The position numbers and the translations under genes were made by a program. DNA of 64,000 bases from Klebsormidium nitens (Eukaryota > Plantae > Klebsormidiophyceae): positions 69,788 through 133,787 of the forward strand of contig DF237174.1 of assembly GCA_000708835.1 (NCBI GenBank), given 5' to 3'. Positions 50,301-62,881 of the stretch are shown piece by piece. The notes under the pieces are model-generated. The model was not told the DNA's origin and did no database searches. It saw only the letters and a list, made by a program, of their open reading frames with translations. The first letter of the stretch is position 1; every line of letters starts with the position of its first letter.

Positions 50301-50353
50301 GCATCCGCTGACTGAGCGCTCAGCAGGATCTGGGTCACCTCAACCATTGCCAT
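44312..50353 (-). CDS. KPNB1: Importin beta-1 / karyopherin beta (~873 aa). Exons 50353-49559, 48687-47974, 47468-47220, 46433-46188, 45460-45042, 44510-44312
   Basis: RRLAGLVLKNAL, SAQVIAKVAAIELP..WPELI, VRLAATRALYNAL.F, ALQAIELWSTICDEE, WRCREAATFAFGSILDGP, VKDTTAWTIGRI, VHEEAMLAIGAL and VKPPIFSCFGDIALAIG. The spliced length of 2622 nt is in frame. Confidence 0.96.
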
Positions 50354-50783
50354 CCTGACCCCCTTGCTTGTGAGCCTTGCTGCAATCAGAGACTTGACCT
50401 CATCGGATATAGGCAATCTAGGCGAGATCCCCAAAAAATTCTGGCAAGATTCTTTGCCCGCAGCAATCACAACCCTCTTGCTATCTAAAGCTTGCTGCCA
50501 AGGAGACGTCAACCGGGATGAGAAGGCTTCTCAACAGAGAACCTCCCTGCTAAGATGGCGTATCAGGGTGGCGCTATCAGGAGAAAATTGGAGCGATCTT
50601 CCGTCACTATTCCTGAGTCTTCCTTGCAGATGAAGGTGGCGAAGAACCGCCCTGCCACCTATACACAATTGAGATCCCGCCAATTCTAATTTCTGAGCCT
50701 GATCAACAGAGAATGATGGACCTCTACCTAGGTACCGTATGCTGAAATTGCCAATGCTTTCATGGGATATATGCTTGATCTTT

Positions 50784-50934
50784 TGGGCCATAGGCTAGCC
50801 CGAATATATCCAACACATGCACTTGTCTGGCAATATAACTTGCTCGGCCCAGCTCGGGACCTTTAACACCGTCCTGGTCTAATCGAGTTTCGACCCCCTG
50901 TTTAATAGACTCTGGTTGCCTTGGGCTTTGGGCT
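50784..50934. promoter_or_regulatory. Cluster of four site-II-like (TGGGCY) motifs between the divergent importin beta and F-box genes
   Basis: tgggcc at 50784, ggccca at 50846, and tgggct at 50922 and 50929. TGGGCY is the TCP-bound site II element in land plants. Function here is untested. Confidence 0.35.
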
Positions 50935-51193
50935 CGGGTTCCTCTTAACTAGGAATAACGAAGAATATTCCTGTCTCTAAAGATCCAAAATCCTTGCCTT
51001 TTGAGGTAAGTATCCGTTGACCTATATCGACGAATATATCCTAGAGAAAAGTGAAATCTGCAAAATCAACCGAATTCTTGATTCCTCATCGAAATGGATG
51101 ACCTTTCAAGCAGGCTGGCAAACTCCCAGCGCTAGACTCTAGAGCAGAATCCAGATCCTTGCTCCAGGAGAATCCCTTTACACTTTACAGAAT

Positions 51194-52450
51194 ATGGCGC
51201 CGCCTGAAGAAGCAAGTACCTGCTTCGATTCTCTTCTTCCTGAGATGCTGGTCTGCATTGTCAAGAAGGTGGTCAAAGACAGTCCTTCCTCCTTGGCACA
51301 AGTTGCACGAGTCAACAAGGCCTGCCAAGAGGCTGCGCAGCGGTGCAGCCGAGTTTTGATTCTTCGCGCAGTTACCAAAGAAAACAATGAGGGACCCTCT
51401 GCTTGCACTGCTCTCTCAAAAGCAATTAGCTTGCGGCCAGAGCTTTCCACATTGATAATAGAGAGAGGAGCACACACCTCCCTTTGGCCTCCCTTGGAGG
51501 ACGTCAAATGGGCTAGAGGGGAAGTGTTGGGAGTAGAAGATCTGGACAAGGCTCTTCAGCTCTTCTCCTCGTCGGTCCTCTCTTTGAGAAGATTGCATTT
51601 AGAACTGGGAGTTTCAGAAGCGTCCAATGACTCGTCCTCCAACTCGTCTGAGGACGAGTCAAAGGTATGGTACTTTGAAGAAGACATCCACTCTATTGTC
51701 AACGCTCTTCCTCAGCTAGAAAGTCTCTGTTTGGGACTAGCAGAAGAGACTTTCCTGATGGGCTCTAAAGAAGGGTTGGAGGTGGTCCAGAATAGCCTTG
51801 CGAGGTTGGAACTCTCAGACTTCGCAGTGGTTTGGGCCTGGTCGGAACCTTTCAGAAGACTGCCAACTTTTCTCACAGCCCTCACCTCCCTGTCCTATCG
51901 GTGCCACACCGCGCCGATCCCTTTCACTCCTCGGCCAAACTTCCCATTGTTGCAAGACCTAAGAGTGGAAGTGCTGACACGTCAACTTACAGTGCCCCGA
52001 ACTATGCTTCGGCGCATGGTGGCCCAGTGTCCGCGTCTGCGGCAGTTGACGGTCTATGTCACACCAGACGACTTTGACGACTACACACCCGCCGACCCGG
52101 AGGCTATTGAACTTCCAAATTTTGCACAATTGTGTCCAAGCTTGGAGTGCGTTGCTATAAGCCACACTGAGGTGCTGTTAGAGTATCAAATCGACGTCCT
52201 CGTGTCCACAAACAGCCACTTGACTCACGATCCATTTGAGCGTCGGTCAAAGATTCTTGTTGACAAACAGACGAGTATAACGCAGCGACACATTGGGACA
52301 AATGTTTGCTCCATCAATATGTTCCGGATAGCCGTTGCTCATTCGGCACCGATTATCGAATTGGATCAACCAAGCATTTCTGAAAGATTGTTAGGAGAGG
52401 CTGCCACTGTTGAAAGGTGGTGTCAAGCGTTCCGTAAGGTTAGTGTTTGA
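51194..52450 (+). CDS. Intronless F-box / LRR (RNI-like) protein, 418 aa
   Basis: N-terminal FDSLLPEMLVCIVKKV...LAQVARVNKAC is F-box-like. LRR-type segments follow (LPQLESLCL, LTALTSLSY, FPLLQDLRV, CPRLRQLTV, CPSLECVAI). Confidence 0.75.
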   Translation: MAPPEEASTCFDSLLPEMLVCIVKKVVKDSPSSLAQVARVNKACQEAAQRCSRVLILRAVTKENNEGPSACTALSKAISLRPELSTLIIERGAHTSLWPPLEDVKWARGEVLGVEDLDKALQLFSSSVLSLRRLHLELGVSEASNDSSSNSSEDESKVWYFEEDIHSIVNALPQLESLCLGLAEETFLMGSKEGLEVVQNSLARLELSDFAVVWAWSEPFRRLPTFLTALTSLSYRCHTAPIPFTPRPNFPLLQDLRVEVLTRQLTVPRTMLRRMVAQCPRLRQLTVYVTPDDFDDYTPADPEAIELPNFAQLCPSLECVAISHTEVLLEYQIDVLVSTNSHLTHDPFERRSKILVDKQTSITQRHIGTNVCSINMFRIAVAHSAPIIELDQPSISERLLGEAATVERWCQAFRKVSV

Positions 52451-54174
52451 GAACAATGAGCGCAGATTATCTGTTCGATGAGTTGACAGCCAATCAATGA
52501 GTTGACAGCCGATCCTCTTTCAGGGCCACTATTGTTCACAATTGGTCCGAAAGAGGAAAGTTAAGTAATATAAGTGCGTATAGATTGAAACGATCAGTGG
52601 ACTTACAAGCTTCTTTCCAGATCACATGCATGGCCGTAATTGTCAATGTTGGTCTAGCTATGCAAGTCTTGTGGTCAGATCTATAGTCGTCGACATTGAT
52701 GCCATGACAAGAGAGTTGCGGGAAGACTGGTTCACCAACCATGAAGGGATCCAACTTAAGAAGGCCATGACAAAGCTTCACATTTGCAGACAAACTAAAC
52801 TTACACTACAATAGGTCGGAAGCTTTGCCAGACGTCAACCCTGGTTGAAGCGCACTGGCGGCTAGGCTTCCGTCGAAGTTGCATGGCGGCATGTTCAAAC
52901 ATCGCAGACCTCGCACCATATGCAGCTAGGCTTCTGCCCGACGAACGACACACATGTGCAGATTTGCATGAGCAGTGATTGACTAATAAATAGTACATGC
53001 TCGAAAAGAATCATGCATTCACATGGCGCACGGCGCCAGGCTGCTATAGCTGTCCCAACTCCTTTCTTATTTGTCGCCTTCTTCTTTAATTATATCCCTC
53101 TCGACATCCAGGTTGCCACGGTCACGTAGGTCGGATATATGTTTGCCAGATATTGCGGGATCGCATTTTCTGATTTGGATTCCAAGATAAACCCTATTAA
53201 GATTGGTCGATAGATCAGATGTATTAGTCCTGCACTTAGTTACTGCTGTGATCTCAGTAAGGTTGCTTTTGTGCTATTAGCCGAAAGCTGTATCCCACCA
53301 ACCCCGACTCTTCTCAATTCCAAAGCGGGATACCAACTCAAAGCCTCTCGCTGCACAACCCCGACTCGTCTTCAGTTCTGCCGTGATTACTATTCCGGAT
53401 TAACACTTCAATGTGGCCCATATGGGACTTTGATTTAGTAGACTCAAAACCCTGGAAAGACAATGCAAAGAAGCAGCGGGGGCTTCACTCCTTAATGAGC
53501 ACCGGTTATGTCAACAAAAACTGTGCGAGCGCCCTACCCTAGAAGCGTGCTGGCAGGCGCTGTCGCGCGCTTTCGAGTCCTCTCCTCTTCCACAAGGTCG
53601 ACCTGCAGACACGTGGCGCTCAAATAGTGGACCGACTTGAAAGACTTCGGTTGACATCACATCATTCTGAATCTGATTAATGATTGCATGGAAAGTAATT
53701 GTATGGAAATGCATGTAAACATAATTGTTCATATATAGAAACGCAAACGGTGGTCCTCGCGTATTTCGACGCCGCTGCATTTACTGCCACAATGGATGTC
53801 AATTGTCAATGCAGAGTGCTGCATAACAACAGATTTGCTCAACTCTACCGAGACGCGTTCATTCTGCAGCTCGGCTTGCGGAACGTCCAGTTTGAGCTGT
53901 ACTCATGGGAAAGATAAACTGTTTGCCTATGATCCCCCAAGAACCTCATCACAGAATTAGGATCAAGGGCTCGAAAGAAGAGCCAAAAAAGCTTGAGGCA
54001 AACCCGGGCCCGTTGGATAAGGTCAACATGTTGCAGCGCCAGTCTGCGATGCATTCAGTGCGAATTCTGCGGGTTTCGACGATACACGAAACTCCGTGCC
54101 TTTTCAGAACGTATCGAACACTCCGTCGAAAAAATTACGTTGTCCCTGCGCTTAAGAGGCCCGAGAAAGCTCAC

Positions 54175-57100
54175 CCGTTTTGACCAGTCGGTGCAAGCGA
54201 CGGCGACGGAGAGGATGAGCGTCTGGCTCACTGTGGCCAGAATAAATCCCCCAAATAGACCCTGCATATTGGGCACAACTGTCAGAAAACGATTCTTTCT
54301 CATTCCAGTGAGAAGCGAAAAATGTCATGCCTGCTTGGCATTAGGGCGCAAAATTCCCTTATCGTCCCCGCTTCCCTTTGCAGGTACACATTGTTCCTGT
54401 ACATTCGAGTATTTGCCTCGAAAGTTTCCGACCGGAGCTTCCAGCTACTTTTTGGGAGGTCATTTACCTTTGAGGAAAACATTTTCAACTCGTCCCCTTT
54501 GAGTAAACATTCCTTTCTCGTCCGCCGTGACACAAGGCCGCCATCGAAACGAACCACCAGAATTCTTCCAGCATAGTGTGTTCGAAGACCACTCCCTACC
54601 GAATTTGACTCTTCCCGAAGAGTATGCGAGAGAACGGAGGCATTGATTTCGTAGGTGTGGCTCATTCGCAGCGTCAATTTCAGGCGTAGGAAATGGGGGC
54701 TTATTCACACTCACCCAGGCGCCCCACTTCCAGACGAGCCCCATGATTACAGAGGCCGGGACGCCGACGAGGTAATAGCTTATGAGGGCGACGACCGTGC
54801 CCACCATCTGACGTCCGCACCCGCGGAGAATAGCTGCAGGAACAGAAAAGGACATCCAATGTCAAATGCAGATTGAAAACCTGACTGGGCGCTAACGGCC
54901 CGTCCGCGAGTGGCTGTGCTTATGGTCCTTCAACGTTCTGCTGGATTGTATAAAGCGTTTGTGATTGAAAAGCATCCAGAGATCATTGCTGAGTCAGGTA
55001 CACGAAGCAACGTCAGCCTCCTTTGCTAGTCACCGGAAAAAGTCGAGCTCAAACGGAAAGGTTCGAATGACAGAAGGATGACGACTGAGGCACGACGTTT
55101 CTTATCCTCATACGAAGGCGTCGCCACTCGTTCTAGAGGTGCGTTCGCGAAGCAGCAGTGGCGCTATCGGAGTCGCCGCGAATCTGATCTTTTGGCCGAT
55201 TAAAGCGACCAGCACCGCTGGTTATCCTCTTTCAGGTCGCCAGAATAAAGATTGGTTCACGATGCCCGCTACGATATGCACGAGGCCTCAAAGCTGGCTC
55301 GCAGTCTACCTTCTCGTCCCTTCCTCCTTTTGACCTCGAAACAGTTTCCTTGAAAATCATACCTGGGAAAGGATGACGTCAGCAGGCGCAAGCATGGAAC
55401 GGGGAGTATGCGGCCTCACCTCCGCAGTTGTTCTGGAACGCATCGGTTATGGCCATGAAGCTCGCGATGACCATAAGCGATGACGACAGCGCCAGCACCT
55501 CGTGTTCCCGCTTGTTCACAAACAGGAGCGGCCACTGCTTATGGACGATAAGCGAGAAGGTCATCGTGCATAAGCCGAACGCAAGCGCGAGCGACTGCCC
55601 TATAAGAGCGGCCTTGCGCGCGCCACGCGCGGAGCCGCGACCCAACTCTGTAGCAACGCACGTACTGCAGAGGCGAGGAGTCCAGACAGTAATTGTGAGG
55701 TGCTGATCTTGGTTGCGTTGAACAAGGGCAAGCGTTGTTTATCTTGCTGCAGAACGTTCTGCGTCCAGTGGGGGAGAGGATTCGTACTTCAATGGGGTTC
55801 TCGGTATGTTTTGTATGCTGATACGTACTGCGAAAAGTGCAGCGACGAAATTAGCAACCTGAGTTTGGGTTATGAGCTGTCAACAATGCTCGTGAAATAC
55901 TCGGAGGAAAATCTGAAGGACGAGAAGGCCGTCTGCATGACCCTGCGCAGGCGCACCAGAAGAGCGCAACGCTGCGCTAAGGGACTAGCGAGAGCCTTCT
56001 CGCTTTCTAGAAAAGGGGATCCGACCGTTGCAAGGAAATGGACAATGTTCAAGTTAGTTTTTGGGGTTTGAGCATGACGAGATCCCGACACTTGCCTTGT
56101 TGCGGCTCCAAGCCCAATGTACCCGGTGGCAAACAGCCAGGCCGTGTTCAACCTGCGGCGGAACGAACGGAAAGTGAGCGGAATCGAACGGGGCTAGCTG
56201 GATGGAAAGGGGACGCAAGTAACCAGGAGACCAAGAATAGTGTTCAATACAGTGTTCCTCTAGACCGAGCAGTGCAAAACGACGAATCCCAAAGAAACCG
56301 GAACGCGGGTGTCGCTTCCAAATTGACGCGGTTGGCAGCGCAGACCGGTCTTTTCAGATTTTAGAAACGAGTGCACAAACGAACATCGTTCGGCATCCTG
56401 AGATTGCGGACGTCCGACTCACGCGACGGACAGGGCGGACACCTGGGTGTACGGGTCCGGAAGCAGCCCCCCCATCAGGTATATTAGGTCGAAGGACACG
56501 AACTCTAAACTGCGGGGTGGAACGATAGAGTGGATTCAGTGTCGATGTTGAAGGTGAGGTCGAGATTCACAGCGAATCAACGGCTCGACTTTTCTTCGGA
56601 TCGATTACGAACTCGCAGTTACAGGGGAGTTCAAGATGAAGGGTTGAGAACGAAAACAGGTCATGTTGTTTCGAGCTTGGAAGGATGGGCTTCGGCAGGT
56701 CAAGGGCATGCAAAAGATGCACCGGATAATGAGGCGATGCAAAAGAGAAGCTTCAAGCGGACCTGTGGCCGTATCCGGAAAGTCATAACACTCCAGAAAG
56801 CAGGGTCTGATTGGTCATTGCTGAAATACTTTGACCCTTCCTCAGAGAAATTGAAAGCTTTTGACTTCTTCGTGGCTGTCAATTCTTCAGACGCCAAATT
56901 GTTCCTTTCCTCGCTTTCATTTCGTGTCTCATCCCAAGTCTGGCGAAAGGCTCATGATACAGAGACTGCTGGTCATACTACTTCGACAAATCATAATACT
57001 TCAGAAAATTGTCTCGTACGTTGCGGAGGGCATTGTCCTTCTCATCCTGCCAAACCGATCAGTAACTCTTTGTCAGGCGACTGTCAGGGCGTCCTCACCA

Positions 57101-58696
57101 CATCATGGTCGCCGAGAAGAACCCGAGCTTGAGGAACGTGCCCCAGCCTTTGAACATCGCGCTGAAGTCGAGGGGCGGCAAAGCCCGCTCGTAGGCCCGC
57201 CGATTCCAGAGCACAAGTGACGTCAGCATGAGGAGCATGATGACGTAAGCAACGTCCGTGGCAATTGCGGCGCCGTCGAGGCCCCAGTTTAGGTGGAAGA
57301 TGAAGAACCTGCAGGGTGGTATTGGAGTTGCACTTCTTCGGAGTCAGGGGATCGAGGCCAACAATCAAGCTCAGTTCTGAAGCATAGCATAAGATAGAGA
57401 CAGATGGGAAAACCATCAAAATCAGTTGGTTCTCCTTTCAATCTTAAGGATGCGCCAGAAAAGTTGCGTCCGCAGATGAGATTCTGTCTCAGATAATCAG
57501 TTGTCCGCATACAATTCTTTGTACTCACCAGTTGCTGGGTATGTGCAGTATCAATGGGACACATGACGCCCACATCAGGGGTGACGTCACCCCCTGAGAC
57601 TGCAGGAACTTGACCAGCGGTTGCGTCCAGGCATTCGCAAACAAGCTCGGTATAAGCAGTTGCATATAGCGCGCCGCATAAGCAGCCAGCAGCTTATCCT
57701 GGCCCAGAACTATAAGCGCCCGCTCGGCCAGGGTCCAAGAAAGGCTGATCATGATTGCTAGGATGGTTAGAACTAAGAAACAAAATTGGGTTAAGTAACC
57801 CAGATCCCGATATTGGCCTGCGCCCACGGCCTGGCCACCCAAGGTTTCTAGCCCCAAGGCTGTGCCTTGCTGCAGAAACAGAGGGAACAGAGGTTAGTGG
57901 GGTAGGTTAGGAGGGGGTGAAGGGGCAGGTTAGGAGGTAGGCAACCAATCTGAGTTGATGACGAAAAAGGGCAAAGGCGGATTTATCAGTGGTTTCTGTC
58001 TTGGACAACTGCCTTCACTTGAAACCCCTAGCTTTTATGAAACATAATGTGGTACAAAGTGAGGGGATCAGACAGGTAGAACATGTCAAGATGAAAGACA
58101 GGAGCGGCTGCCCCTGAGTAAGACTCAGTACAGAGGGATGGTGGGCTTAGTACATGCATCCATACACCGTCCCTCTCAACAATGGAGGAGAGACTCTAAG
58201 AACAGTTGTTGATCTGGCGGAATGTATTGCAAACACAGATACATCAAACTAATTATGTTCTGGTCGAAACCTTGGGTGCCTCACGCTCCCTACCACTCCC
58301 AGGCCTATTAGAGAAACTTCAGTTCGTGCGTTCTAATATGAGTTCGACTTTCCCCCTCGCGTCCAATTATTTCCATCGCCCCCACTTGCAGAGAAACTTT
58401 CACAAAGCAAACTCAAAATCACTAGACGCAGCCATATCTGTTGTACAACCGCCAAATTTTCTCACCAGGATGTAATGGCCCGTCACATTTGCTAGGGATG
58501 CGGCAAGCTGCGCGCTCGCCAGCTCAAGTGCCCCAATGTGCCCCACGAACGCTGCTGACATCAGCACCAGAAGCAGTTGCACAACGTTCATGCCGATGAT
58601 GGGCAGCGCCAGCTGTAATTGCTGCTTCGACAGCTGGCGCCAGCTGGCATCGGGAGAGGGCTCCAACAGGGGCTCAGACAGCGGGTCCGGCGCCAT
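54175..58696 (-). CDS. MATE/DTX-family transporter; terminal exon (below 54175) not resolved. Exons 58696-58466, 57869-57529, 57308-57099, 56509-56423, 56152-56096, 55664-55420, 54833-54715, 54261-54175
   Basis: FVGHIGALELASAQLAASLANVTG, GLETLGGQAVGAGQY, KFLQSQG, WG.DGAAIA, STCVATELGRG, AILRGCGRQMVG...YYLVGVP and GLFGG....TDW. The frame is preserved across all junctions, one of which has a GC donor. Confidence 0.92.
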
Positions 58697-59751
58697 TTTA
58701 GGTGCCTGGGCTGCCTTTTTCAAACAGATCTCTCAGCGCATTTGGCAATGCTAGGAAAGAGAGCTGTCCTTCAACCTGTGAGATCCAAACTAGCGAGGCT
58801 GCGGAGGTTGTTTCTTCCCTTTTGGAAGAAGACTCAGATCAGTTTGAAGCTTAAGCTTTAATCCCATCTCAGCAGCCTGGGCTGTTAGCGGAGGCCCCTA
58901 CTCTGTATTGGCAAAGAGGACAAGAGGAACTTATCGAAGTATACGTGCAAAAGGGTTTGCAAGAGTCAAGAGAGGTAAGTTCTTCTAGCTTTCACTGTCA
59001 GCTTGCCAGCATTGGCTTTTCAGCCACCGATGCTGATGATGCAGCCTAAAAAGATGGTCCACCGGTATGATGATTCAGCCAGGATTTAGCCCAGCACCAA
59101 TGCAGATCTCTGCTCGCTTCTTTGGTGATCTGTCTCTCATTCACGGGAAGAAAAGACGCTTGAACCGGAAAAAGCCAACAGGCCGTCCACCTCTGACAAT
59201 GAAGCACAGTGCTCAATTCAGCAACATGTGCAACATTTGACAATTCTTTGCCCTACAGATAAAACGTGCTAAACGGTAAACCCTCACTCGTCCAAAACCC
59301 TGGGTTAATAGACCGTTTCCTTCGCCGTCACCACCAGTTCGTTCTTTCCATCTTTAAACACCGTACGCGTATCGACGTTTGTTTTCACGCCAGCCGGCCG
59401 TCAATCTCTGTTATATTGTAACTAGAGTGCTTAAACTTGCTTGTTTCCTCGCTTCCTGCATTTTCAACTTGCACCATTGAAGTTGAAGTTCCTGTGGTCC
59501 ATTTTCTCTTCGCTATGTAACGGACCGCTTGAAGTTGCACTGTCTTTGTCAATTGGTCATGAGATCAATGCGTCCAGCTGTGAGAATCAGCTTGCGTGCT
59601 GCAGGGTTTTCCTAAGGGCGCTGACAAGCTGTAACAGATCCGCCAGCCAGTGATTCCAGATTTGCTTGTTCTGTAAGCTCGCGTAACGAGTGATGACGCA
59701 TTGACTTATTTCACAGCTCTAAACAAGCTTCGCTGCCCCTACAAGAGAATC

Positions 59752-62700
59752 ATGGGTGCTGCGGACAGCAAAGAAGCACCAGCGGTGAGCCTTCCAGCTT
59801 TATTTTGCTGAATGCTTTCCGACAGCGCGTTCGATGTAAGCACACAGTGATTTGCTGCACAATGAAGGGGGGTGGAAGCGAAGGCCTTCAGCCCAACCGG
59901 TTGATTAGCTTGCACTTCGATTGACAGGGGGTCTGTAATGTTGCTTTTGAGTGAATTACCAGTGTATATAATTTATGGTGAGAAAAGACCAAGGTTTCAG
60001 AGCAGACAATTTGCTGGCTTCTAATGGTGCTAGTGTTTGTGTTGTTCCATTGAGCAGGGCGCTGTGCCTGGAGTGGTGACCGTCGCAAGCAGGCAGGGGG
60101 CAGCAACGACACTCGACCCAAACTTAGCGAAGCTTCTTTCGCTGAAAGCGGTGAGGCCCGTCAGGCCCTTCACGAACTCTGAGGTGGCAGGCATTTCAAG
60201 AGTCCTTGCGCAGTCAGATCATCGGAGGTCTGAGAAGCGATGCTCAACTGGGGGCTCTCCTTAGTGGACCTTAGTGGACCTTAGTGGGGCTACAAGTAAA
60301 CAATGTGACCGCAGTGGAGACAGCGCCTGACTTCCATGTATAAGCACTTCTGGACATCCGGTTGAACATGTCCGAAAAGGGCCTTTCTAAGAATTGGCTG
60401 CCCATTCGATCAATAGGAACCGATTGTCGTTGCAGGGTGTCCCACTACTCAGCAAAGCGCCTTCCGACAACAACCTGAAAGACGTTTTGTTGCGGCGCAC
60501 TGGCACTCCGAGCACAAGTCCAGGTAGGAATCTGACAACTTACACACGTCAATCCTTTCAAGCTCTGACAATATTGAGGAGACTATGCATTCTCGATCAA
60601 GCCCGCTCGAAGTTCGTTGGGTCGCAACTCTGATGGCCTCTGAGTTCGAGTCTAATGTATAAGTCGTTCTGGGTGTTACTCTTCCAACACCGAGGCTGGA
60701 ATCGCTCAAAGTTTGCCCTGTCAGAACTCCAATCACGCCAGGCAAAACTCGTACCTGTCTGAATTCAAACGAACACTTGTCCCTTACCCTTTTCGATTTG
60801 AATCCCGAGAATCGGTTCTGAGCAGGGTCTGATGATCCGGCAGAGCCTCCATCAATCTGGCATCTCGAAATATTTGGATCATGCGAGTCTTCTGTTATGT
60901 TAAGCCTTCTCGAACGTTGACGCGGAAAAGTTACGCAAAGGTCAGCCTCGATCAGAATTCAAGCTCATTTTTTTCTTCCACCTCAAAATAGGAAGTCTTA
61001 AGAGCAATCATGCATAGATAGCGATTCCGCATAAAACTGAAAGCTGAAACTGTTTTTCCAGGAACCCTTCTCGACACCAGCACCACCCTTCAACTCTTCT
61101 CCAAATACGAGGCCTGGGCAAATGGCGCAGCGGCGCACATTGCAAGCAACCAGGTCAGACGCCCCTGCAAATCCCGCCTTTCTTATGGTCACCTTTATTT
61201 GACGTTTCTGAGTTGAGGAGCAGCCAAGTCACGAGCTCGCTTGTGTTGAAGTCTTCGCAAGCGCTTCCTTCTCGCGCGATGAAGGCTCTCATTGAGGTCG
61301 TCGCAAGACAACTTTTCCTTTTAAGCACCTTCTCGATTGTATTTGGGGCGAAATCTGGTACTTTTTGCTGACGACGTAAGAAACTCTTGAGGGCAGCTTC
61401 AGTTCGCGTCGTCAATTCGACTTGCATGTGCCGCTTGCCCTAAATGGTCTTTTAAACGAAGCGTCGTGTTCGGACTCTACCAAGTCCTTTTAATCGGGAC
61501 GATCGAACTCAATCTGACCACAATGCACAAATGGGCTGCTGATCAAAGCGACAGCAAAGCAGTGCTTCGGACTCTCAACGAAACGGTGCTGGCTGAGCTG
61601 TCCGGACGCTTATGTTGGAAAGCTGGTGTTGAGAGAAATTCTTGCTGCAAAAAAGCCATTGCGGTTTGCAAATTGTGACATAGGCTGGAACCGGACCCTT
61701 AGAGATTTCAAGTAAGTATTCAACAGGGCAAAAAACAATAAAAGAAGGGACACTTTGTATAGTAAATTGCCCTTTTCTCCTTAAACCAACCCGCTCACAA
61801 GACATCCATACAAAGCAGTCAAAATTCGCCCGACGTTCCCAGGTTGGACCGTTGAAGTCGTTAATTATTTGAACTTGGCCGTTCCAAGATTAAACATTCC
61901 CCGGCTCCGTCTGAAAATCATAGCCAGGACATTCCTACACGGACAAGCTGGAATGCAGAGCGGCAAAATGAGAGTCGGGAGATTTTCCACCAACTGCAAT
62001 CTCTCAAAGGGTGGGCTAAAGGCTCTGCTTTGTGAACCGTCCAAAGCAGTTGCGTATTGCATCGCAGGAGGACATCCACAACAGCATCGACGTGGTGGAA
62101 GAACTGGCGCTCAAGCTGCTGCAACGACTGCACCACGCGGCGCAGGTCATGAAGCAAAGCGCGGAGCACCTGCACCAAGGTGGGCCGAAACTCTTCATCC
62201 TGAAATTAGGAGATCTCGAAGTTCTGAAAACTCAGAAAGCCGCTACTCAGATTGCCGCTCATTTTAGAACAGAGCGTTAAACCCGTAAAATGAAATGTTA
62301 GAAACCTTGGTTTTGAGTCAACCAACCCGGTTCCCGCGGTTGCAAGTTGGAAGATGCGCAGAGTATCCTTCCTTGTCTGTCAGGTCCAATTCGTCCCGTA
62401 ATATGACGCCAAAACGCGAAAGCGTACTCCAGGGATTCAAAGGCGGATCTTGGTTGGTACTTGTGATTGCTCTACGATCGGTCTCCTCGCTGAAAACAGG
62501 CCCTCTGATACAACTTGAATCAGACGACTGAAAACCGCCGAGGTATGCAAGTCTCTGCATCAGACCGGCCAATATCCTTGGAAAGTAGAGCCAATAGAAG
62601 CGCCAGGTTGATACCCGTCCTCGTTCCATAGCTCCTCAGTCCTCGACCCAGACCTTTAGCTTGAGATAAGTTTCACCTCCATGGCTTAGTTCTCCACACA

Positions 62701-62881
62701 TTGACGTGATAGCCTCTCCCTGGCCCTTGCAGCCCGGTCGTTGAAGGACGACGTTGACGAAGTGAAGCAGCAAATGTCCGCAGTATTGGCAAGTTACGAG
62801 GCGCTATGCGGCCGCTTGGAGGGGATCCAAGAAGAAAGGGAACGGGAAACCCGGGCAGCGAGCGACGGACAAGTCACTTGA
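59752..62881 (+). CDS. BORCS5: BORCS5 (myrlysin/LOH12CR1)-like protein, ~188 aa, six small exons: 59752-59784, 60058-60150, 60436-60523, 61062-61153, 62068-62179, 62733-62881
   Basis: The spliced protein MGAADSKEAPA-GAVPGVVTVASRQGAATTLDPNLAKLLSLKA-GVPLLSKAP...-LDTSTTLQLFSKYEAW..AAAHIASNQ-EDIHNSID...-YEALCGRL has an MGxxxS myristoylation motif. It parallels my recollection of human BORCS5 (DDIVVVAQ..DPDVIKLQEIPTFQPLL..LDSQQVLQLCLRYQDHL..AEAVAFDQ). The spliced length of 567 nt is in frame. Confidence 0.75.

Noticed and set aside
56530-57132. 200-aa plus-strand ORF within MATE intron 3
   Set aside because: It is antisense to the MATE gene with a non-ATG start and no recognisable motifs.
26393-58696. 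ALMT and MATE in the same window as an aluminium-tolerance cluster
   Set aside because: They are ~22 kb apart with unrelated genes between them. The MATE shows generic DTX-type motifs, and I see nothing marking it as a citrate-exporting FRD3-type protein.
7497-60290. Short perfect tandem duplications (about 21-22 bp at ~7497, 25-bp spacing at ~14267, 8 bp at ~36456, ~19 bp at ~52479, 10 bp x3 at ~60261)
   Set aside because: Ordinary slippage-type micro-duplications with no further structure.
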